Of a stretch of DNA of 34,278 bases, positions 1 to 9,760 are shown in pieces. This DNA comes from Legionellales bacterium (GTDB lineage: Bacteria > Pseudomonadota > Gammaproteobacteria > UBA1113), in the NCBI GenBank assembly GCA_013043985.1, contig JABEVJ010000261.1, positions 1-34,278 on the forward strand, read 5' to 3'. Every line of letters begins with the position of its first letter. Within the stretch, counting starts at the first letter, position 1. The position numbers and the translations under genes were made by a program. The notes under the pieces were generated by a model. That model did not search any database and was not told the origin of the DNA. It worked only from the letters and a program-made list of their open reading frames with translations.

Positions 1-159
1 CTTTCTCAATCATATCCTTTCTCTCCTCGTTTAATCAGGAAGAGAGTTTCTCAAATAATATTTTTTTTTGTTAGGTGGGGTTTATCGAGCGGTTACAATA
101 AATCAGCGATGCATCATCAGACAAATTCATTTTTGGTTGATTTGTCATCAAACCTGATT

Positions 160-282
160 TGTAGAAGATGTAGAAGGTTTGTAGAAAGAATGTAGAGGGG
201 AAGTAACCTGGGATAGTTTATTCAACAGATTGATTTAATTGTATTTTTTAAAACGAATCTACGTTTGTAGAAGATGTAGAAG
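160..282 (+). repeat. Iteron-like cluster A: six copies of TGTAGAAG or a one-mismatch variant
   Basis: Octamer starts at 160, 169, 180 (tgtagaaa), 191 (tgtagagg), 266 and 275. Spacing within subclusters is 9-11 bp. An AT-rich spacer (199-265) lies between them. All copies are in the same orientation. Confidence 0.8.
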
Positions 283-423
283 CTTTTTTTTGTTGAACTG
301 AATGAAACATTGGAAAAGTGCTGAAAACCTTGGAATTTCATCTGTCTATTGAGCCAATGCACGCGGGCTAATAGTGTTGACACTATGTCGAAGAGTAAAG
401 TATTAAGCAAAGGGGAAAATATC

Positions 424-915
424 ATGGCAAGTAAAATACTGATGAGTGCCTGTTTGTTGGGGGATAAAGTACGCTATGATGGAAACGATTGCTTGCAAAC
501 CCATGCTAAATTACAAGCCTGGATCAAAGCAGGCAAGGTTGTTTCTATTTGTCCCGAAATGGCAGGTGGTTTGCCCGTACCGAGGCCGCCAGCAGAAATT
601 GAACAGGACAAAACCGCGACCATGGTATTAGCCGGTGAGGCAAAAATACGCACGATCGGGGGAGAAGATGTCACGAAAGAATATATCACGGGAGCTCAAA
701 AAGCCTTGGCGCTCGTTAAACAGCATCATATTCAGGTGGCTATTTTGAAATCACGCAGCCCTTCCTGTGGGGTCAGACAAATCTATGATGGTACGTTTTC
801 GCATGGCTTGATAGCGGGTATGGGTCTGACCGCACAGCTTTTATCGGAGTATGGCGTGCAAGTTTTCGATGAAACAGAAATTGATCTCGCCCTGGAAACA
901 GCAGAAAAGACATGA
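424..915 (+). CDS. DUF523 (YbbK/TudS-like) family protein
   Basis: MASKILMSACLLGDKVRYDGNDC... is the typical DUF523 N-terminus. I chose the ATG at 424 because the RBS aagggga lies 6-7 nt upstream. The longer ORF from 349 overlaps the repeat region. Confidence 0.7.
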   Translation: MASKILMSACLLGDKVRYDGNDCLQTHAKLQAWIKAGKVVSICPEMAGGLPVPRPPAEIEQDKTATMVLAGEAKIRTIGGEDVTKEYITGAQKALALVKQHHIQVAILKSRSPSCGVRQIYDGTFSHGLIAGMGLTAQLLSEYGVQVFDETEIDLALETAEKT

Positions 916-1985
916 AAAACTCGACTCTCCTTATCCAGCCCTTATCGTTAGCTGAAGCGCAAAAAAAACGGGAAAACCAGCATACTTATACGGGTTGCAT
1001 TATTTTAACACATGATCACCGTATCCTGCTGCAATTACGCGATGCTGGATTTAAAAAATTTGCTTCTTGTATTTCTGCTTTCGGAGGTTGCATCGAGGAA
1101 GATGAAACCCCTGAGCAGACTATTTGTCGTGAGTTAAACGAGGAATTAGGGGCGAAAGTCGCTGCTTCAGAGCTTGTGTTTATCAGTGCCTATACCGAAG
1201 CGGTGACCCATTTTACCGATGTCATTTACGGTTATTTTTGGCATGACAAGCACAATACGATTACGGGTTGCTTTGAAGGAAGTCCGTTATATTGCTCGTC
1301 TGCTCAGGAGGCATTAAAACAACCTGATTTGATGGATGATGTGCGGTGGCTGCTTGAACAGTGCCAAGAGCAAAAATTGATTCGGGAGAGATTGGCACAT
1401 TCAGTGACACCCTCTTCATTGCAACCTATTGAGAGGGTTATAACCGATATTCATTCCATTGAAAAATTTTCCACTCACCGCCTGATTGCTCGTCGAATTG
1501 AATCAATGGATTTAGAGCTGTTGGCGGAAATGGACTCTCATCCCATGGTTATGGCCACCTTGGGTGGCGTTAAAACCAGAGAAGAAACCGAGGCTCGCTT
1601 GGCGTGGAACTTGAAACAGTGGGAAGATAATAGCCATGGTCTGTGGCTATTTTTTTTAAAAGAAACGGGCAAGTTTATTGGGCGAGCGAGCCTACGACGC
1701 ATGATTGTTGACGATAAAGACGAGCTTGAATTAGGTTATGCCCTGATGCCTGATTTTTGGGGTAAGGGTTTTGCGACTGAAATGGCTCAAGCCTGCATCG
1801 AGATTGCCTTTGATTATCTTGATTATGAAAATATTGCCTGCTTTACCGCGCTAACTAACGCTCCCTCACGCCGTGTGATGGAAAAATTGGGATTTCAGTA
1901 TGAAAAAAACTGCATGCATGCCAATACTCCCCATGTTCTTTATCGGTTGTGTAATCCAAAAAAAAACCTATCAAAAACCGAGTAA
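912..1985 (+). CDS. Nudix hydrolase fused to a GNAT (RimJ/RimL-like) acetyltransferase
   Basis: The Nudix box G-CIEED-E-TPEQTIC-RELNEELGA sits in the N-terminal half. The C-terminal half (LGYALMPDFWGKGFATEMAQACIEIAF...RRVMEKLGFQYE) is GNAT-like. The start overlaps the previous stop by 4 bp (ATGA). Confidence 0.75.
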   Translation: MKNSTLLIQPLSLAEAQKKRENQHTYTGCIILTHDHRILLQLRDAGFKKFASCISAFGGCIEEDETPEQTICRELNEELGAKVAASELVFISAYTEAVTHFTDVIYGYFWHDKHNTITGCFEGSPLYCSSAQEALKQPDLMDDVRWLLEQCQEQKLIRERLAHSVTPSSLQPIERVITDIHSIEKFSTHRLIARRIESMDLELLAEMDSHPMVMATLGGVKTREETEARLAWNLKQWEDNSHGLWLFFLKETGKFIGRASLRRMIVDDKDELELGYALMPDFWGKGFATEMAQACIEIAFDYLDYENIACFTALTNAPSRRVMEKLGFQYEKNCMHANTPHVLYRLCNPKKNLSKTE

Positions 1986-1988
1986 AAG

Positions 1989-2873
1989 ATGAATAACTCG
2001 ATCTCAGCATACAAACAGCATCTTAATCTTCAAAAAGCGACTTTTTCGCGTATCGACCATGACGATGCGATGGTTGCCATTGTTTATCACATTACCCAAC
2101 CAACGGGTGAGCAGTTTATTCTAAAAATATGTCCTCGCACTCAGGATTACTTACGTGAAGCGTATTTTTTGAAACACTTTGCGGGTCAATTACCCGTTCC
2201 ACGTATTATACAGCTTGTGGAACCAGAAGCAGACGTTGATGGTGCCATTCTCATGGAGTGCTTACAGGGAAAATTGCTGACGGAAAACGATGTTACCGAT
2301 ACCTTGGCTTATGAAATAGGGGTGCTTCTTGCCCGCATTCACCTCAATAGGACATCGGGTTACGGGGATTTAACGAAACCAGAGGATTTAAATCCTGCTC
2401 CGCGTTTTCATTTTACCTCAAAATTTGAAGAGGGTTTTGCAGAATGCAGTCATCATTTACCTAGTACACTGCTTGAGCAATGTCATCGTTATTATGATAC
2501 CAATATTGATTTTTTAACCAACGTTGATGGCTCCTGCATAATACACCGCGATTTTCGACCTGGAAACATAATAGTTCACAAGGGTAAAATCGAAGGAATC
2601 ATTGATTGGGCTTCAGGACGTGCGAGCTTTGCTGAGGAAGATTTTTGCCCTTTGGAGCACGGAGAATGGCCAATCCATCCGAGCAGTAAAAAATCTTTTT
2701 TAGCCGGATATGCCAGCGTTCGACCGCTCCCTGATTACCGTACCATTATGCCATTTTTGCGTATGAGCAGAGCATTTGCTACCATTGGTTTTACCGTCAA
2801 ATGCGAGACATGGCAAACCAAAAACTCGCGTGCTTATGAGTTTAACCGCCGATTTCTTGAAGCGTTTTTTTAG
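1989..2873 (+). CDS. APH-type phosphotransferase (aminoglycoside/choline-kinase fold)
   Basis: Catalytic loop IIHRDFRPGNIIV and the metal-binding segment IIDWASG are present. Length is 294 aa. Confidence 0.75.
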   Translation: MNNSISAYKQHLNLQKATFSRIDHDDAMVAIVYHITQPTGEQFILKICPRTQDYLREAYFLKHFAGQLPVPRIIQLVEPEADVDGAILMECLQGKLLTENDVTDTLAYEIGVLLARIHLNRTSGYGDLTKPEDLNPAPRFHFTSKFEEGFAECSHHLPSTLLEQCHRYYDTNIDFLTNVDGSCIIHRDFRPGNIIVHKGKIEGIIDWASGRASFAEEDFCPLEHGEWPIHPSSKKSFLAGYASVRPLPDYRTIMPFLRMSRAFATIGFTVKCETWQTKNSRAYEFNRRFLEAFF

Positions 2874-2882
2874 GAGGCTGAT

Positions 2883-3368
2883 ATGTCAGACAATAATAAT
2901 GAAACCATGGCTGATAAAACAGGAGCGGATAGTATTCAAATTGTGAAAGCATTAAGCCCCCGTGAATGGGAAGCAATCCGCCATTTTCGTCAATATTATT
3001 TTTTTGATAAAGCATCCATAATCGATCCTTACACCTGGACTTTCAATCATGAAAAACATGATCATCTTGTTCTGTATAAAGGATCATTGATGGTAGGGTA
3101 TGCTCATCTTCAATACTGGCCTGAATCAAGAGTGGCTTTAAGAATTATTGTGGTTGATGAGCCACATCGAAATCAGGGGTTAGGCTCTGAATTTTTGCAT
3201 CAAATTGAACTCTCGTTAAAAGAGCATGGGATTGAAAAAATACACGTCCAGTCATCACCGGAAGCCTATCAATTTTACTGCCAAAATAATTATATCGACA
3301 TGCCATTCAATGATCCGGATGGTTATGAGTCATGCTCTTCGGACATTGATATGGGTAAAATTTTATAA
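2883..3368 (+). CDS. GNAT family N-acetyltransferase
   Basis: Acetyl-CoA motif VVDEPHRNQGLGSEFL. RBS aggagg lies upstream of the ATG. Confidence 0.7.
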   Translation: MSDNNNETMADKTGADSIQIVKALSPREWEAIRHFRQYYFFDKASIIDPYTWTFNHEKHDHLVLYKGSLMVGYAHLQYWPESRVALRIIVVDEPHRNQGLGSEFLHQIELSLKEHGIEKIHVQSSPEAYQFYCQNNYIDMPFNDPDGYESCSSDIDMGKIL

Positions 3369-3409
3369 GGGCGTTTACTCTCCCATCGCTCACGGTTCTT
3401 TATCACTCA

Positions 3410-5179
3410 TTAGCCTGGAATAAAGCCGTTCTTCTGTTTTTGCCACAACTCGGTAAAATGCCCTTTTTTATCGAGCAGAGCTTGCATCGAGCCATCTTCG
3501 ATGATTTTTCCCTGCGAAAACACAAGAATCCTGTCCATATTCGCGAGCGTGGAAAGCCGATGGGCAATTACAATGGCAGTGGCGTCTTGCATGATGTGTT
3601 TTAAACTGTGTTGAATATTTTCCTCAGTCACTGAGTCCAAAGCAGCAGTGGCCTCGTCCAAAATCAGAATCGGTGCTTTTTTCAGAATAGCGCGGGCAAT
3701 AGCAATACGCTGACGCTGTCCGCCCGAGAGTTTGATTCCTCGCTCGCCCACCAAGGTATGATAATGTTGGGGGAGCGCACTGATGAATTCGTGACATTCG
3801 GCACGTTTTGAAGCCTCAATAACTTCTTCATCTGTTGCTGTCAGTTTACCGTAGCGAATATTTTCCATGAGTGAGCGGTGAAACAACATGGATTCCTGCG
3901 GGATCATAGCGATGGATTGTCGAAGCGAACCCTGAGTAACCTCAGCAATATTTTGACCATCAATATAAATTGATCCTGCTTGTAAATCATAAAAACGAAG
4001 CAGTAATTGAATAAAGGTAGTTTTTCCCGCACCGGAAAAGCCCACCAGCCCGATTTTTTCACCCGCTTTAATGCGCAGACTCAATCTTTGAAATAAGGGG
4101 CGTTCGGCATCGTAACCAAAAGTAATCCGGTCAAGCACAATCTCTGGCGTCTTAATAACCAAGGGAGGGGCATTTGGCGCGTCGAGAATATCGTGCCCTT
4201 CCAATAATTCCGAAAGCGCATTTTGTATTTTGCCGATTTCTCTCACACACTGACCAAATTGAAAGGCGCACCACCACACATACATGAGGGCACTGAAGGT
4301 TAACATCCCAACCAAAGTAAAATCACCCACCGTGATGTTTTTATGCTGCCAAGAGATTAATAAACCGCCAAACATCGCAATTAAGGCGATAATCGTGCTG
4401 ATGTCCTGAATCAAACGCACTTTTTCGAGTGAAAAAGCCGCATCCCACGCGCGCCTTTGCTCTATCATCTGATATTGATTCAAATAGTTTAATTCGTGAT
4501 TCATACTCGAAAAAATACGAATGGTTAAAATATTGTTGATGGCATCGGTAATCTTACCGCTTAACCGTGAGGTACTGTCAGCATGTTTCTCAGCAAAATG
4601 ATTGACTTTTTTCAAACTGAACAAGGTAATTGAAAAGTGTACAATGACCCACACGGCTAAAATACTGCTAAATAAAGGACTGGCCAAACTCAATAAAATA
4701 AAGACGTTCACTAAAAAAACGCCAGTAGAAATAAAATTGTAGATAAACATTTCAGAAATCATCTGGGCACCGCTGGCTAAATCGGCCACCTTACTTGCGA
4801 GGCTGCCTGAAAAGCGATCGCTGAAAAATTGATGGGAATGATGCCCCAGATATTGAAAGACATTTTCCCGAATGGTTGCGCGGAGCTTGGCAAAGCCCTT
4901 TCCAGCCAGCGCACCTTGAAAGCGAAGAGCAGTTGCCGTGAAAATCCAGCAACCTAACCATAGCAAAAGCGGCACGGAAAACGTGCGCCACAAATGCGGA
5001 ATCGGTGGTTTTAATGTGCTCATGCGATCAATGAACAGTTTGATAAAAAAAGGGTAAATCGTTTCATTGATCGCCCAAATCACGGCAACACTGGCCATCA
5101 GCACAAAAAACCAAGGCTGTTTTTTAGTGAAAAATGCCAGAAATGAAAGCGGTTTGCTGGGTAAGGACGGTGTTGGCAT
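3410..5179 (-). CDS. ABC exporter, fused permease and ATPase (MsbA/multidrug type)
   Basis: Six-TM N-terminal half. Walker A GFSGAGKTT, signature LSGGQRQRIAIARA, Walker B ILILDEATAALD. Confidence 0.9.
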   Translation of the reverse strand: MPTPSLPSKPLSFLAFFTKKQPWFFVLMASVAVIWAINETIYPFFIKLFIDRMSTLKPPIPHLWRTFSVPLLLWLGCWIFTATALRFQGALAGKGFAKLRATIRENVFQYLGHHSHQFFSDRFSGSLASKVADLASGAQMISEMFIYNFISTGVFLVNVFILLSLASPLFSSILAVWVIVHFSITLFSLKKVNHFAEKHADSTSRLSGKITDAINNILTIRIFSSMNHELNYLNQYQMIEQRRAWDAAFSLEKVRLIQDISTIIALIAMFGGLLISWQHKNITVGDFTLVGMLTFSALMYVWWCAFQFGQCVREIGKIQNALSELLEGHDILDAPNAPPLVIKTPEIVLDRITFGYDAERPLFQRLSLRIKAGEKIGLVGFSGAGKTTFIQLLLRFYDLQAGSIYIDGQNIAEVTQGSLRQSIAMIPQESMLFHRSLMENIRYGKLTATDEEVIEASKRAECHEFISALPQHYHTLVGERGIKLSGGQRQRIAIARAILKKAPILILDEATAALDSVTEENIQHSLKHIMQDATAIVIAHRLSTLANMDRILVFSQGKIIEDGSMQALLDKKGHFTELWQKQKNGFIPG

Positions 5180-5338
5180 GAGCGTTATTCGTATGAAGGT
5201 TAAAGACTTATTTTAGCATAATAAAAAAACAGCAACAATTCGGGTTACGTATTTCGTCAAAAAATAAAACAGACTATTGACAATACTCGAAAGAAGCTCC
5301 ACGCTTGTCCCTGTCAGCAAAAACGTACAGGGGGAAAG

Positions 5339-5799
5339 TTGCCAAATCATATTGAACATTATTATCAGATGGAAGATTTTTTCTTTAGTTTGATGAGCAA
5401 GCAACGACTTAACTTTGATGAGGGTTGCGCCTATGTGACGGGTGTGCAGGCAGAAAACTTGAATCCGCTGATGTTAAGGAACGGGGTGACACCTCGTCTT
5501 GGAGCAAGCTATCACCACACGAACATTTGTGCCACTTTAGCCTCTATATTGACAAAATTCCGGTAGCATCGCTGACCTTATCTATTGCAAATGGTTTAGC
5601 TCGCATTGATGATGTGGGAACATTGCCCGCCTATCAACGGCGAGGGTACGCGACGGACTTAATCCGCCATGCATTAACGCTTGCCTATCGGTTAGGCATA
5701 ACACATTGTTTTCTGGAGGCAAGCTTAAGTGGTCAAGTCGTCTATGAAAAAATAGGGTTTAACACGTTGTTTACCAGTGAAATTTATGTCAAAACCTGA
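5339..5799 (+). pseudogene. GNAT acetyltransferase interrupted by a single-nucleotide frameshift
   Basis: The N-terminal part is in the frame of ORF 5339..5566. The GNAT core (LPAYQRRGYATDLIRHAL...YEKIGF) is in the frame of ORF 5425..5799. The two frames overlap around 5470-5520, near a GGGG run at 5482-5485. Confidence 0.55.
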
Positions 5800-5849
5800 A
5801 ATAAAACGCTACGGGTAGCGATATGATTGTTTTAAGGAGGATCAAAACC

Positions 5850-6179
5850 ATGTTTGCTGTTATTTACAGAGGATTCATTTTACCAGAGCATGAGCAGGCC
5901 TATCGCCAAGCATGGAGGGAAATTGCTGATTATTTTGTTCAACATGCAGGGGCACTTGGCTCCACATTACATAAAACGCCAGCCGGAGAATACATTGCGT
6001 ATTCACGCTGGCCAGATAAAGCAACCCGTGATCGTTATTGGGATGAGCAAGGCAATTTGCAGACAGTAGCAGGATTAAATGAGACCATTGCCACGTTAAA
6101 AATGGCGATTGATCGCAATAAACCCTATGATGAAATTGCGATGGAAGTCGTGGATGAAACCGAGAAGAAAATACCCTAA
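5850..6179 (+). CDS. Antibiotic-biosynthesis-monooxygenase (ABM) domain protein
   Basis: MFAVIYRGFILPEHEQAYRQAWREIADYF...YSRW is typical of small ABM/ferredoxin-like-fold proteins. A strong RBS aaggagg lies 9 nt upstream of the ATG at 5850. Confidence 0.6.
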   Translation: MFAVIYRGFILPEHEQAYRQAWREIADYFVQHAGALGSTLHKTPAGEYIAYSRWPDKATRDRYWDEQGNLQTVAGLNETIATLKMAIDRNKPYDEIAMEVVDETEKKIP

Positions 6180-6233
6180 TATTTTAGGATATTTTAAATG
6201 AAACAAAGAAGATGAATAAAGGGGGAAAAATTA

Positions 6234-6788
6234 ATGAGCGAATATCAATATTATGAATTTTGTCGGATTGGCAGCCCGCTTTCTGCTGAAGCTCGGAAAA
6301 CAATGCAGTCACTTTCCAGTAGAGCAAAAGTCAGCACCCATGGTGCCTCTTATACCTATAATTATGGTGATTTTCGCGGCAAGCCTGCAGAGTTGGTTTT
6401 AAACTATTTTGATGTATTTTTTTATATCAGTAATTTTGGCACTCTTCGGCTGATATTTAAATACCCTGAAAATCAAATTACTGAAGAAGAGATAGAAAAA
6501 TACAGGATTAAACACGTCATCCACTATCAAAAGCATGAGCAGTATGGATTGCTGACTATTGATATTAATAATGAAGAGGGTTTTGGATGGACAGAGGGGG
6601 AAGGATTGCTGGCCGATTTATTGCCACTTTATGATGAAATAAAAGATAACCATTACCATTTTTTACAAGTCGTTTCGGCTGTTCATGATCATTTTATGGG
6701 AGAAAATTCAAACACACTAAGCAATTTACTGACCAAAAACACTTTATCATCAGCAGAAAAAACTTTTGTGGCATGTGTTGGTCTTTAA
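6234..6788 (+). CDS. Hypothetical protein
   Basis: Clean 184-aa ORF with RBS aggggga. I recognise no motif with confidence. Confidence 0.5.
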   Translation: MSEYQYYEFCRIGSPLSAEARKTMQSLSSRAKVSTHGASYTYNYGDFRGKPAELVLNYFDVFFYISNFGTLRLIFKYPENQITEEEIEKYRIKHVIHYQKHEQYGLLTIDINNEEGFGWTEGEGLLADLLPLYDEIKDNHYHFLQVVSAVHDHFMGENSNTLSNLLTKNTLSSAEKTFVACVGL

Positions 6789-6797
6789 TGAAAATCG

Positions 6798-7634
6798 ATG
6801 ACAACTAATACTTACAGTCATGAAATGCAGCAACAACTCAAAGAAAGCCTCGAATTATTGAAAATGATTTTAGGATCGGATCTTTTGGGTGTTTATCTTT
6901 ATGGTTCATCTCTTGTAGGCGGACTGCAAAAATACAGCGACATTGACTTATTCGTTGTTGTCAAACGCGCGACAACCCCAGAGGAAAAAACCAGATTAAT
7001 TGCTCATCTTCTTCCAATCTCGGGTATTTACATGAAAAGTTCAAAGCGGTCTATTGAAATGACCTTTGTTGAGAAGTCAGCGATTAATCCTTGGCATTAT
7101 CCTCCACACTGTGATTTTCAATATGGTGAGTGGTTACGCCAATCTTTTGAGAAAGGCATGCTTGACCTAGGGATGACTCATGAGATGCCAGATCTAGCGA
7201 TCATTGTTACTCAAATTTTATTAAAGTGTCAAATTCTACAGGGATTAGAGCCTGAGCAATTATTGGCGGATGTCCCCTATCATGATTTTACAAAAGCCAT
7301 GCATCATGATTTAAATAGACTGGTCACCGATCTTGAGCATGATACTCGAAATGTCCTGCTGACTTACGCACGAATTTGGAGTACCTTAGAAACCAATGCG
7401 ATAAGATCTAAACCTGTCGCAGCAGACTGGGTAATGTCTCATTTGCCTAAAGTGTATCAACCCGTGATGAAGCGAGCTAAATCAATCTGTATCGGTGTAG
7501 AAAATGAATATTGGGGTGATATCCAAGAGCTTGTAAAACCGTGTGCGGATTTTATGGCCAATAAAATCAATGAACAGTTTGCATTGATAAACGTTGATGA
7601 TCTTAATCAGGTTATAAAACTTGCCGAGCGGTAA
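6798..7634 (+). CDS. Aminoglycoside nucleotidyltransferase, aadA/ANT(3'')/ANT(9)-like
   Basis: N-terminal NTase motif LLGVYLYGSSLVGGLQKYSDIDLFVVV. C-terminal DUF4111-like helix region (LLTYARIWSTLETNAIRSKPVAADWV). The distance from the start to the motif matches AadA. Confidence 0.8.
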   Translation: MTTNTYSHEMQQQLKESLELLKMILGSDLLGVYLYGSSLVGGLQKYSDIDLFVVVKRATTPEEKTRLIAHLLPISGIYMKSSKRSIEMTFVEKSAINPWHYPPHCDFQYGEWLRQSFEKGMLDLGMTHEMPDLAIIVTQILLKCQILQGLEPEQLLADVPYHDFTKAMHHDLNRLVTDLEHDTRNVLLTYARIWSTLETNAIRSKPVAADWVMSHLPKVYQPVMKRAKSICIGVENEYWGDIQELVKPCADFMANKINEQFALINVDDLNQVIKLAER

Positions 7635-7656
7635 TTTTCGGTAGAGGGGTATTTTA

Positions 7657-8925
7657 ATGAAAATTAAGAAAACGATTCATGATGTCATCAATGGCTTGCT
7701 GCCAACCATGGAACCTAACGGTACTCTGCTTGTCGCTCTCAATGAGGAAATCATTTATAAACAATGTTTTGGTTTTGCCGATATGGCAAATAAAACACTT
7801 GTCACTTTCGATACTCAATTCCTGGCAGGTTCAGTGACCAAACAGTTTACGGCAGCAGCCATTCTAAAAGCATTGCTTGATATCAGCTTACAAAACGGAA
7901 TAGATAAAAATGATCTTGCCAATTTAAAAAACAACATCCAAGCCAAGTTAGCTCATGCTGTAGCTCATTATTTGCCACAGGAACATCCTCTCTGGGATGG
8001 TTTGATGCCATCATGGGCGAAGCGGGTGACTTTACACCAGCTATTAATACATTCATCCGGCATATCCAATTATACAGGGTTGCCCGATTTTGAAAACAAA
8101 GCGTTTCCCAAACCTTCTGATTTGGTTGATTTTTTTAAAACACATGATTTGGAGTTTAATTCAGGAGAAAAATTTTCGTACAGTAATTCAGGCTATTTTT
8201 TATTGGGAATAATTGCACAACAAATAACGCATCAGCCGCTGGAAAGTTATTTGCAAACTCAATTTTTTGCACCATTCAACATGCACGCCAGTTTTTTGGC
8301 CACGCAACATACCGCTAAAGAATTGAAACAGACCGACTCTCGCGCCGCAAACTTAGCCTGTGGCTATCAATTCGACATGACGAAACCACAGGCAAACTTA
8401 ATTGAGGTGAAAAACTCTATATCGATGCAAATCCCGGGAGCTGCGGGCAGTCTTGTGTCGACTGCTTCGGACTTACTTAAATGGAATAATGCGTTATATA
8501 CTGGAAAAATTATTCCACTATTTTTGCTTGATTTGATGCTGAAACCGCATATACAGACAGAACAAAAGAATGCCTATTATGGATATGGTATAGAGGTTTT
8601 GAAATCCGGTTCTTTTGGAGAGTATTATACGCACAGAGGAGGCATACCGGGTTTTCATTCAAAATTGACTTTCATTCCATCTTTACAGTTATCCATGATT
8701 GTTCTGGAAAATCTCCATGAAGACAAGAGCCGTTTGATGCCAGAGATAGAAAGGATGAGAGCGGCATTGCCAACGACATTGACTGAAAGTGAAAAATGGC
8801 AGGAAGTTGACAAAATGATAGCGGGTAAATATCCCAGTATCATTGAAAACAGGCAGCGGTATGAGCTTATGCTGGTGGAGGAAGCCATTATAGAGGCATT
8901 GTCAGTATTCGAAAACCGTATTTAA
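7657..8925 (+). CDS. Serine hydrolase of the beta-lactamase (class C/esterase) family
   Basis: SxxK motif SVTK and YxN motif YSN (YSNSGY). Length is 422 aa. Confidence 0.75.
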   Translation: MKIKKTIHDVINGLLPTMEPNGTLLVALNEEIIYKQCFGFADMANKTLVTFDTQFLAGSVTKQFTAAAILKALLDISLQNGIDKNDLANLKNNIQAKLAHAVAHYLPQEHPLWDGLMPSWAKRVTLHQLLIHSSGISNYTGLPDFENKAFPKPSDLVDFFKTHDLEFNSGEKFSYSNSGYFLLGIIAQQITHQPLESYLQTQFFAPFNMHASFLATQHTAKELKQTDSRAANLACGYQFDMTKPQANLIEVKNSISMQIPGAAGSLVSTASDLLKWNNALYTGKIIPLFLLDLMLKPHIQTEQKNAYYGYGIEVLKSGSFGEYYTHRGGIPGFHSKLTFIPSLQLSMIVLENLHEDKSRLMPEIERMRAALPTTLTESEKWQEVDKMIAGKYPSIIENRQRYELMLVEEAIIEALSVFENRI

Positions 8926-8962
8926 CCAATAAAGATTGAGTTCCACATTAAGAGAAAATTGG

Positions 8963-9742
8963 ATGAAAACTAAACACATAACGCCATATGACGATATTAA
9001 TCGTATTTGCCTTATGTTATCAGAAAAGCTGAAAAATATTTTGGGAAACACACTTATCGGTATTTATCTCACAGGCTCACTCAGCTACGGTGATTTTAAT
9101 ACGGGTAGTAGCGATATTGATTTTCTAATTGTTTTGCATACCCTCCCATCAGAAGAACAGCGTAAAAAAATTCAAGATATGCATAAAAAAATTGCAGAGC
9201 AGCATCCAATATGGGCAAAACGCATTGAGGCTTCTTATATCACGAAAGATATGTTGCAAAGCAACGAGTCACCCAAAACACCACGACCCTATGTCAATGA
9301 GGGAAAATTTTGGGATGCAGCTCCCTATGGGAGTGAATGGCTATTGAACCTTTACGTCTTACAGGATTGTGGCATCGCTTTAGTTGGACAAGAGCCAAAA
9401 ATGTTGATTGGCCGTCCAATTGATATCCATGAGGTAAGATTAGCTTCAAAAAATGATTTTTATCAAGAATGGAAGCCGTTGTTGACAGAGCCATCTGCTT
9501 TAAACGACAGTCATTCACAGGCCTATGTTATTCTTACCCTTTGTCGAATTCTGCACAGAGCGAAAAATGATAATGTGGTTTCGAAAAAAGAGGCTGCCGC
9601 TTGGGTAAATGAGGCTTATAATCAGCAATGGAGTTCATTGATTAAAAAAGCTGAAAACTGGTATTATGAACAAGAATTGAATGAAATTGATGAAATCTTC
9701 AGGTTTATTCGATTTATTGCCACAGAATTAGAGGCAGGATGA
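8963..9742 (+). CDS. Second nucleotidyltransferase-domain + DUF4111 protein (aadA-like family)
   Basis: LIGIYLTGSLSYGDFNTGSSDIDFLIVL plus C-terminal AYVILTLCRILHRAKNDNVVSKKEAAAWV. I prefer the ATG at 8963 over the TTG at 8936. Confidence 0.7.
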   Translation: MKTKHITPYDDINRICLMLSEKLKNILGNTLIGIYLTGSLSYGDFNTGSSDIDFLIVLHTLPSEEQRKKIQDMHKKIAEQHPIWAKRIEASYITKDMLQSNESPKTPRPYVNEGKFWDAAPYGSEWLLNLYVLQDCGIALVGQEPKMLIGRPIDIHEVRLASKNDFYQEWKPLLTEPSALNDSHSQAYVILTLCRILHRAKNDNVVSKKEAAAWVNEAYNQQWSSLIKKAENWYYEQELNEIDEIFRFIRFIATELEAG

Positions 9743-9760
9743 ATTGACCTTGCCAGAAAA

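Noticed and set aside
160-282. Short repeat clusters (TGTAGAAG; the 10-bp repeats at 31273-31312; GTCGTTTAT) as CRISPR arrays
   Set aside because: The repeat units are only 8-10 bp, with no spacers of regular length and no cas genes. They are iteron or operator-type repeats.
222-425. 67-aa minus-strand ORF overlapping iteron cluster A
   Set aside because: It overlaps the TGTAGAAG repeats and the DUF523 start, has no RBS and shows no motif.
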